The notes under the pieces: model-generated
Database searches by the model: none
Told to the model about the DNA's origin: nothing
Seen by the model: the letters and a program-made list of their open reading frames with translations, nothing else
DNA from: Amoebophrya sp. A120
Lineage: Eukaryota; Protista; Dinoflagellata
Reading direction: 5' to 3'
Length of the DNA: 64,000 nt
Assembly: GCA_905178155.1 (NCBI GenBank)
Contig: CAJINV010000007.1
Location: forward strand, 2,647,151-2,711,150
Shown: one piece after another, positions 38,176 to 47,306 of the stretch
Position numbering within the stretch: position 1 is the first letter of the stretch
How the letters are laid out: each line of letters opens with the position of its first letter
Program-made: the position numbers and the translations under genes

Positions 38176-41100
38176 TCAGTTGCTTTTAACCGCCGCGGTC
38201 CCCGGCCCCGCCGCCTTCGGAACAGCACTGGTTCCGCCACTCACCGCCGGGCTCCCGGCCTTTCCGCTGGGTGACTTCGCCGCTTTCGGCGCGGCCATCC
38301 CCTCGTCAGCGACTCTTGTTCGGTCATTCGCGGCGTGCGCATCCCCGCCCCCGCCGGACATCATGAAGCCCCGCTTTTTTCCGTCCGAATCCTTCCGCTT
38401 CTGAATCGCATACTTCTTCAGCCAGATCAAAACTTTCGCGATGCTGATTTCCTCCACTTCCTGCTGTTCGTTGTCACTCGCCTCGATGATTTTGAACATC
38501 TTCGCCACCCCAGGGAGATCAATGTCCGCCGCCTTGCAGACCGGGCCTAGGGAGTCCAAAAATTCCGGAACGGAAACCGACCCGTCACCGTTCTTGTCTA
38601 AAACCTGCGACAACCATCCCTCTAGCCTATCCTCGTCGAAATCCCCGCCGGTTAGCTCGTGCTCTAGTAACACGAAAACTTTAAACTCGTCGCTGTACAT
38701 CACCCCCTCCTCCTATGCAAGGAAAAAACTGTGCAAGTGTAAACTTTTTTACAGGAACAACATCACAGATTTGTGTTGCATGACAGAAAGCCTGTCAAGC
38801 GTAGCTAGTACGCGGAAACACGCATTGAAATAGCCTCTGATACATATTCGGCATGACAAGTAGTGTAAACTGTATTGCAGCGTCTGCAAGGCAAAGTTAC
38901 ACTTACACTTACAAACACAGTTTTTTTCTTGCATACCTCCTTGTCGTCGGCCTTGTTCGTTTTTGGGTCGATCCTCGGCCGGAACACCCCGGACAACAGC
39001 CACTGGCGGAGGATGGACTCGATCGCGGCGTGCGATCGTCCCTGCGACTGCAGTAACCCCGACAACTCCCCCTCGTCGAACGCACCGCTCATGTCCCTAT
39101 CCCAGGTTTTGAACACTTCCGCGATTTGGTGTTGCTGCTCCCGGGGCACGGTCATGTGGAACTCGGTCAACTTCCCGGTGAACCACTTTTCGTACGCCGT
39201 GTTCAGACCGACTTTCCCGTCGTCTAGATTCTTAATCTGGTGCACCAAGGCGGACGCCTCCAGTTCCGTGATTAACGTCGAGTACTTCTTGAACTGCGCT
39301 GCTTCCACCTTTCGCGAGATCTCCTCGACAATCTCGTCTTGCTGCATCATTCCGGTCGAGGTGATGATCGTGAAGAGGTAGAGGATTAAATATCAAACGC
39401 AAAGATGTCTGGGTCTGGAAGCTTCTGATGCTAGTTTGTGAATGGTGGGCGTATTGCAATTATACGCAGCCACGCATGACCAGTTTCTGGGCTCCTTCGT
39501 GTTTCGATTTCCGCACGGCAAATTGCACTTTTGCATGACAGGCAAGAGGCTTTTTTCCTGCTCGCGCATTACAGATTCAGCTGTCATGTGAGACAAGCAT
39601 GACAAACCTGGCAATCTTCCAGACCCAGACATATTTGCATTCCATATTGAAGGCCACAAGACGAGAAGGGAAAACAGTAGGGGAACGAACTGCATGACCG
39701 GCTGGAACCAGTGCGTTTCTTCGGGCAGGATGTGGACCAGGTACACAGAAATCATGATGGCCTGCAGAAACAACGCGATCTGCAACGTGAAAGCAAGAAG
39801 TTCGGGTCCGTTGCGCCAGAAGGGGAAGAGCGCTTCCTGCTTATTCGGGGCGCGGGTGCCTGGTGTACAACTAGTGACCGTTACATTGTTATTCGTCTCC
39901 TACTTCTTGCATGCATTACACGTGGCTTACGCTTGCTTCGCCCTCCGTTCAAAATAAATAAAGCACGACAAGCAACACTACTTAGCTTTAGAGCATGTTC
40001 ATGCATGGAAAGCTTCCATCAAAAATGATCATTTGCAAATTATACCGTGTGTTATTGCAATCAGCTTCCCCGAACCACGTTTGTAGGTCCGTGTCTGATA
40101 TTTCGGCTTCCCGGTCGCGCCTACCATGCTATAGGAGGCGAGTGATAAAGCGTTTGTCGGGTTGTATTCCATGGGTAGCAATTCGTAGTATATTCTTCGT
40201 GCGAAGATCACCACACCCACTAACACCCCGGAGATGACCCAGGCTAGACACAGCATGAACATTTCTCGATTTTCCCTCTCCATCCGAAATGCCGGCTTTG
40301 CCGCGAGAAGTAAGACGAACAGTGTCGCGAAGGACACCGAGGGGATTTCGACCAATTTCACCACGAAATCCGCCATGCAGACACCCAGGTACTCGCAGAA
40401 ATCAAAGGACGCGGGGTGTGCCTCGGGGTTCTGCATCTTCGTGTCGAAGGGATGGAAAAATTCTTTTTGGAAAAGCCGGAACTCGATGGTGTCCTGATTT
40501 TTGGACGATTGTGGGAAGCTTGCAATGTTAATGGGAAAACATACACATACAGATGAAGTGCATTTTTTTCCACGACGTTGGCTTGCAGTTGCAACATGCT
40601 TGTGTAACTCCAACAATTCTAAACCTGAATCAGCGTCGGCCCCCCTAGCAGCTTCTGTTTCAAGGTCAGCTTCTGATCTGGTCGGAGGTTCTGGCAAAGG
40701 TGGAACTTCGTTCTGGTCATACCGCTTTGAATGAGGAGGCAGCCGACTAAGGCGATGAAAGCGACCATGACGAAGAAAATCATCATGTGAACCTGTTGTA
40801 GTAAGTGGTCAAAGTCGATTTGTTCTTTTTGTTTTTATTAATTTGTACTCTGCACGAACAAATAAAACTCAGGTGTCGTATCTATGTGCAAACTTCTCCA
40901 ATACCGCCTCTAGCATCTTCGACGTAACATTCAACACAAGACTGCTGCAATACCGCCTCAAACAGCTCAAAAAGCTCCGCGGCGATTGGGTCGTGAAAGT
41001 TTCCGTGTAGTTGCCTTAGTGGTGATGACGGCTCGGAAGGAACAACAGTACCAGCACCGCTCGTACTTGAGCCACTACTCCGCTCCAGCAACAACCTATC

Positions 41101-41703
41101 ATAATGCACCTCGTGGTGATGTACAATCTCCCCGCCCTCGGAGTGTTCTATCGCCTCTTCGTGCTGGTGGATGTGCTTCTTCAGGTGGTGGTGCTCGAAA
41201 ATGATCACCGCCGCAGCGGTCAATACGCCGGACTTCACGATGCACATCAGCGCTAGACCGACAAAGCCGAGGATGGTGAGCTCCTTAAACATAGCGTCTA
41301 TCATCTTCAGCATCTGCGTCTGCCCGGTGTGCTGTAGTTTTGAGCAGAGTCGGAGTGTGGTGCTGGTCGTTATGCGCATTGCAAGAACATACTGGCATGA
41401 CAAACAGCGAATGACAAACAGCATCATGATCATTAAAATTAATTTTCATTAATATCGCTCGCACTACAATACCTTGTAATGATGTATCAGTCCATGCTGA
41501 AACTCTTCGAAGCCGATGGACATGACGATTATGAGGCCAAAGAGCGTTATCACCGTCCATACTCGCGCCTCGCCGTGGAGGGCCGCTTCTTCGCCGGTCT
41601 CCTCGTGGAGAGAGCGGGATAATGGTGAGGCTAGAAGTGTTGCTTTTGTTTTCAGGAGGTGTGAAGAACACGGCCAACAACAGCGATCCAAGACATACCA
41701 CAA
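38176..41703 (-). CDS. MLO-like membrane protein 2 fused to C-terminal EF-hands, multi-exon; 5' end uncertain
   Basis: MLO signatures WTVITLFGLIIVMSIGFEE..H, FKELTILGFVGLAL, VHMMIFFVMV, FDFCEYL and QEALFPFWRNGP. EF-hand loops DRDMSGAFDEGE and DKNGDGSVSVPE. GT-AG introns at 41332-41472, 40793-40953 and 39860-40045, plus two introners. Confidence 0.85.
38714..38935. mobile_element. Introner-like TIR element, family 3 (222 bp), direct repeat CCTCC
   Basis: TIR TATGCAAGGAAAAAACTGTG / CACAGTTTTTTTCTTGCATA, with CCTCC at 38709-38713 and 38936-38940. Removal joins DDKE|EGVMYSDEF in frame. Confidence 0.88.
39391..39646. mobile_element. Family-1 introner, diverged (256 bp), direct repeat TTAAA/TTGAA
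   Basis: TATCAAACGCAAAGATGTCTGGGTCTGGAAG...CTTCCAGACCCAGACATATTTGCATTCCATA. Removal joins LWPS|ILYLFTIITSTGMMQQ in frame. Confidence 0.88.
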
Positions 41704-42104
41704 AGGAGCTACGGACCCTACACAACAAGAATCATCTTCGACGTGATCGTTCTAGTACCTGATTAGAAAAAACGATACTGTAAAAATATTGGCTTTTAAG
41801 TTTTAGATAAATTAATATTATTCCGGAACGTGTGTGTCGGGAGCGGCGAAAGTCCCCAGACCTGGTGTATGATTTTTGTTTTCAATGGTTGTAAAAATTA
41901 AGAAGAGCATATGTGTTCTATTGCGTTAATTAAATTTTCCACACATGTGCATCAGTTCGCGAATTAATTTCAACACAAACAAGCACTGATAGCAGACACA
42001 CACACACACACCCTGGGCACATGCAGATCCACACAGGACAGCCATCAAATATTTTTTTCCTCACACACGATGTTGTCCAAATTATTTTTTTCCAATACAC
42101 ACAG

Positions 42105-42163
42105 TCCGGGAATTAATTAATTTCTCAGAAACTGAGTTTCTGAGAAATTAATTAATTCCCGGA
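42105..42163. repeat. Perfect 59-bp palindrome (29-bp arms, 1-nt centre)
   Basis: TCCGGGAATTAATTAATTTCTCAGAAACT-G-AGTTTCTGAGAAATTAATTAATTCCCGGA. Confidence 0.97.
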
Positions 42164-42639
42164 TCGCCTCTGTGTGGCGCTCCGCTATAAGGAGGTCGGA
42201 ACGGCGCCGAGCCGCTCTGATACTCGCCCCTGGCTTCGGCAAGTTGGCGACGAGCAGGCGACGTTCGTGCGCGTTGGCTGATGGCTTGGCTGCGGCTTGG
42301 TTGGTGCGCGCGCGAGTGCGGTCGATTTGTGCCTCCGCGACCGCGCGTGCACAGATTTGCTCGCGCGCGCTCTGGTGTTTTGCGCTCGCGCGCACACTTC
42401 CCGCCCAGCACGCGCAGGAGGATTCGCCCGCGCCGGACTGACCTAGAAAAGTGAAGGCCTTTGCAGCCTTCACGCAAAGACGCCTGCACCGGCCCCCGCG
42501 CGCGAATCCGGCATCCTCGGCAGAGCGCGAGCGGGGGGAGCAGGCCCTGGCGTTGGCCCATAGCACCCTGATGAACCGCATAGCCACCGAAGGCGCACTG
42601 ACGAACAGCCCCGGCCTTGATTTGGCAGGCTGCCGCACT

Positions 42640-42815
42640 GGGCTGGTGATCTTTGCCCACCCGATTTTTTTCCCCATGCTATGCATTGCCTGCCTGGCTG
42701 ATGATTTGCCCTACCATTGCCCGGCTGATGATGTCCGCCTGTCATTGATGATTTGCCCACCCCATTCTCCGTTGGTTGATGATTTTTCCATCATGCATTG
42801 ATGATTTGCCCACTC
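42640..42815. repeat. Degenerate direct repeats of GATGATTTGCCC
   Basis: About five copies (~42645, 42700, 42748, 42778, 42800) inside the core of the 1.6-kb element. Confidence 0.7.
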
Positions 42816-43019
42816 GCAACCAAAAGGCAAACAGTCGGAGATGACTGAGGGCGCGGCCATTGGCGGCCTCGCAAACCCAGGTCCGTCGCTTCCCCCAAGC
42901 GGAGGATCTGTCAACGAGTTGGGCTTGGAGGCAGGCTCTTGCGCAAGCTGGGCAAATAAAGGTAGCGCGCCACCATCACCAACCTCCTTCTACCTGAAGC
43001 GGACACACAGGTCTCCAGG

Positions 43020-43066
43020 AATTAATTAATTTCTCAGAAACTCAGTTTCTCAGAAATTAATTAATT
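43020..43066. repeat. Second copy of the palindrome (47 bp, 1 mismatch, centre C)
   Basis: AATTAATTAATTTCTCAGAAACT-C-AGTTTCTCAGAAATTAATTAATT. Confidence 0.95.
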
Positions 43067-43369
43067 ACAGGAAAACCTGTATCGACGGATATTTTTCCCG
43101 CCGGATGTGTGTGTTGGAAAAAATATTGCACCACTGGTTGTGTCTGTCGTCCGAAACCGGCCGCCCCCTCTACCTGTATGGTCCGAAAAACACCGCGCCG
43201 GGAGGTCTCTGTCCAAAAATGCCGTCTTCGCGGGCGTCGCCTGTCGCCGAAAATCCGCCGCCGCGTTGCGCCCGTCCCGGATCCGCTCCAACCCGACAGG
43301 GGGACGCCGCTCCCGACACACACGTTCCGGAATAATATTAATTTATCTAAAACTTAAAAACCAATATTT

Positions 43370-43912
43370 TTACAGCCCCGAAAAAACCATAGACGCTGTA
43401 ATGCGTTCCTCACCAGATAATTCTGAAGATAGCCGCAGTTCGTCCTCTCCATTGTCGCTGATAACCTCGATCTCTGCGTTTTCGGCAAATTCGCTGGCCA
43501 CCCCGGCGAGTGCTGGTCTATTTTCCGAAGACAGCGATCTCCTCGCTTTTCTCGTCTTGCTGGGGTCATCTTCATCTCCACCACCAGCAACCACTAGCTC
43601 TTCTGTAGGAGAAGTTCCATACCCCTTATTTAATGGCCTTGTTCTCGGCTTCAAAAAGTACGTCAAGACGCCCGCAGGGTTTCCGCTCGCTCGTAGCTGG
43701 TCGTGGTAATGTGTCAAGGCGCCGAAGCAGAACAGGGAAACCACGAGAATCCAATTAAGCAACGAAGACCAGCGGTTCAGCTTCCCGGTTGAGGAGCCGG
43801 CGGAGGTACTACCGCTGCTGGCGAAAAGCATGGCTGCGGGTTCGGCTGTGGTCGTTCGCTTCGCAGAAATTGACGAGACTAGTTCGACCAGCTGCGATGT
43901 CTCAACCTTCAC
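43370..43912 (-). CDS. Hypothetical exon with one TM segment; possibly the 5' part of MLO-like 2
   Basis: The ORF runs into the TIR of the 1.6-kb element. A TM segment (LLNWILVVSLFCFGAL) followed by acidic low complexity mirrors the N-terminal layout of MLO-like 1. Confidence 0.45.
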   Translation of the reverse strand: MKVETSQLVELVSSISAKRTTTAEPAAMLFASSGSTSAGSSTGKLNRWSSLLNWILVVSLFCFGALTHYHDQLRASGNPAGVLTYFLKPRTRPLNKGYGTSPTEELVVAGGGDEDDPSKTRKARRSLSSENRPALAGVASEFAENAEIEVISDNGEDELRLSSELSGEERITASMVFSGL

Positions 43913-46900
43913 GAAAACGACGAAAGTGAGCTCAGGATCTACTTTGCACCAGTTGCAACATCGCGACGACGGCGCAGCTTCATCGTTGTGATTTGAGCCG
44001 TACTCTCAGATTATTCTTCCTGAAAGGAAACATCAGACATACTCTCCAGAAAAACACTGCGTGCACAGTCCTCCAGAATGTGATGGCTCCTCGACATATT
44101 TAAACTTAAATTTTGCGCGTTCGCGACTCTCTGTCGAGCAAGCGTTGGACTTACCTCGTCCTGACCGTTCATCATCATCTTCCCTGCTCCACACCTTGCA
44201 ACTACAAATCCTGCTCTCCATGTCACGTGCAACCTCCCTCGTCCAGAAAAAAACATCAATCCCAGAGACAGAGAGATGAGTCTCTCTGAAATTGCGAAAC
44301 CACAGCACTCCGACAGCTCCTCTCGCTGCAGCCCGCCAAGTGCTTGCGGGTCCGTCCGGCGTGGGTGAAAACTGCTACTTCCGGCGAATTCCGTGCGAAC
44401 ACCTGACTGCGGTCCACGAAGGCTAGCGAACCCAACAAAGGGAGGGAGTGTCGAAACGAGCTCAACGACACGCCACAACGATCCAAAGAAAGACCCAGAG
44501 GGCGGGTGGCAGGGCGCCCGGCTGTGGACAAGGCGCAGGCAAGAAAATGCTTGCTGAAAAAGCAGGGCGGGGCTCTACTTCACAGGCCAGGGCCAAATGC
44601 AACGGGCGGGCCGATCCCCGCGCCGGCAGGGCGCCCGGCGATGGCTGCGGGCGCACGACTTCTCCCGCGGGCCGGCCCCCGACGGCTGCCCAATGAATCG
44701 CGGGCCCCGCGGCGCCCCCTCCAGAAGGGGAAAACCGCGAAAAGGGGCGGCGCCTGCAAAAATAAAAAAGGCGCGGAAAGGCCACCGAGGGGCGGGCTTG
44801 GGGGCGAGGGATTTCGCTACGCGCGCCAGGCCTATAGGCGCGCGGGCGCGCCCCACATATCTGCGGGGGGGGTCAGAAGGCTTCTGAAGCCCCGCCGGCC
44901 TGCCCCCCACGATCAAGCTCGCGCGCCCCCCGGTCGGTCAACAAAGTCCCCGTCTCCTCGATCGCTCGAGCCCCTGTAGCAGCATGCAAGCGGATGCCTG
45001 CCGGCCCATTTTTCATCTCGTGGCTTCGTTTTCTTTGCCTAAGAAATGCACTCAGCTCGTAGCCTCCGACTGCCCCACGAAATCCTGCGAAAAGGATCTC
45101 GCGCACGGCTTCAATGAATCAACCGCCAGAGCGCTCACGCCTTGCCGGAAGCTCTTGAGCTCTGGATGGGAAACGAGGCAAGTTGGTGCTCCCGCGCCGG
45201 GTCGCAGAAGAGGAGCGCGCGAGCTTGTTCGCTGCGCGAGGGCTTGCAGCGAGCTCTCGGGGCGCATGCAATCGGCCCGCGCGGCAAGAGCCACCCGAAG
45301 AAAGGCACACGCGCCCGCGGGCGCGCGAGGCCGCCCCCCGGCGGGCCGGGGCCGCCAAAGCGTGGCCCTTCTGTGGGCCACCACCCGGGCCGCCGGGCCA
45401 CCAAGTGCAGGCGCGCGACCGCCGGGGCGCGGCGCGCGCGCGCCCCTTTCTACTCTAGCCAGGCACTAGAGCGAGGGGCCAAATTATAGGCCCCCACCGC
45501 CGCTTCTCTTCTGCGCGCGCCTCTGCGCCCGAGGCGGACCATCCCCGTCGTCTCGGCCCTGCTCCGCGCAGGCTGCGGATCGCGCCCGCCAAGTCGGCTG
45601 CCTTCCAGCGAAGTTCGCTCGCGGGCGCCTGGTTAGGCCCCGCGGGCTGCTCTTCCTGCCTACGTTCGTTGCTCCCTGTCGCGGCCGCTGCCCCGGGGCC
45701 TCCGAAAACCGGGCGGATTTTCGTCTTCCCCCCCCTGCTCCACGGCGGGGCCGCGAAGGCCCTTGCAGTCGTCACCCGCTCTGCCGGCGGCCCCACCCAC
45801 GCGAACATCTGGCGGCCTGCGCCTCTTCCGCGGAGGCTCCACAGCCTGGCTCAGCGCCTAGAGCCGCCAGGGCCGTTCGGCTTCTCATGCTGTCTCCCTC
45901 TCGTGTCAGATTATTAACGCAGCTGGTCGCTCGCTCTGCGTGACGTCTTTCGCGTTCTCGAAGCTTACCGCGACGAATAAACTCCGCAGGATTGTGGGGA
46001 CACCGTCTCGGACTGACGCCGCCGATGTCCAAGCTCAGTCGGCGCCTCGGGCCTTCCGGCCGTAACCCAGCGGGGCCGCGGGCGCTCGCCACCGTCGGGG
46101 GCCCGAGGGTTGCTGAACTTCCGCGGCCCCTGGGGGCGCCTGCTGCCGAACACCTTCAACACCCAGCTGACAGAATGTAGTGACATAACAAGCAGAACAC
46201 CGCTGCCATGGCTTCGCTCAGAAAGAGCCAGCGGCACGGATCCACAACCATCCCACTCCGAACATCAAATATAACAGCGCTAGTAGTGGAAAGGCCATCA
46301 CTAGCCTCATGACACTTCCACTTCTGCGTCCTGTGAGTATATGAAGACTCAGTACTTAAGTGTGGGCCCTTGTCTTCTCGCAGATCAAGCACATTGGCTT
46401 ATCGGTTCGTTCGTAAACATTTGCTCAAGCTTTCTTCAGAGGATATGGCTGTGGACTCCCTCAGAGCCTGAAAAATTTTTGTTACTGAAATTAATCTTCA
46501 TCTTTGTACTGAATTTAACGCGATATCGAGACGCTCTGTAGTAAAGGTTTAGTTTCAGAGCTTTTCGCCGAGACTACGTGGGATCATCCGCGGAGTTGGA
46601 GTGAAACTCATAGAGAAGCAAATTTGTTACTTAATATCGTAGCGCATCAAGCGTAAGCATAGAAGAAAAAAGGTTTCAATAAAAGGGGTCATTAAATGCG
46701 GGTTTCTATCTTGGTAGTTTTTCTCGTTGAATTAAGGTATGTAGCCAGTGCATTTGCATTTTGCTGTTGCGTACCACTCGTAGACGATTTGGATTTTGAG
46801 AAAAATATGTCATGGGCATTTGGTGTGCTTGGCACGAAGAGGCAGAAGCCTCAACTTCTACCTTTTGAAATGAAACATCTTCATCCTACACATTTTAAAC

Positions 46901-47306
46901 TCGCTGAGTTGTCCAACCGCAGGCTTCCTGCTACCACTGGTGAACAAAGCAAAGCGAAGAAAAAAAACTAATGAGCGAAGCTTTCTCGAAACTGATGCAT
47001 TCATTTTGCTTGGAAGTTAGTATAAAAAACGATTTGTGGGCTGCTCTTTGTTTATTCATTTATTTGTGGAAAGCGAAACCTTGACCTAGTAGAAACTAAT
47101 CATACACTTACACATCAGAACTGTTGTGAAATAATGTACGGCGCTTGGGTTTTTCAGCGAAGCTTTTACTGCTAGCCTGAGTCCCCAGCGTGAATAAAAA
47201 TGAACGAGATTGTGGCATTCTTCATTGGTAGGATTGCATTTGTTGTACTTTCGGTGACGTTGAGGCATTTAAAAACAGTTCCTACATCATGGTAGAAGAA
47301 TCCGCG

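Larger units (their letters stand above)
41778..43375. mobile_element. 1.6-kb TIR element with two internal long palindromes
   Basis: 71-bp TIRs (41778-41848 / 43305-43375, 1 mismatch) starting CTGTAAAAATATTGG. No transposase ORF is recognisable. Confidence 0.9.

Noticed and set aside
41996-42011. (CA)n microsatellite
   Set aside because: A short ordinary microsatellite within the TIR element.
42105-43066. CRISPR-like repeat interpretation of the palindromes
   Set aside because: Only two copies ~860 bp apart, no spacer array, and a eukaryotic context without cas genes.
44448-46237. Many overlapping R/A/P/G-rich ORFs in the GC islands (also 50073-51691 and 42117-43335)
   Set aside because: Expected from stop-codon scarcity at high GC; no transposase or other motif is recognisable.
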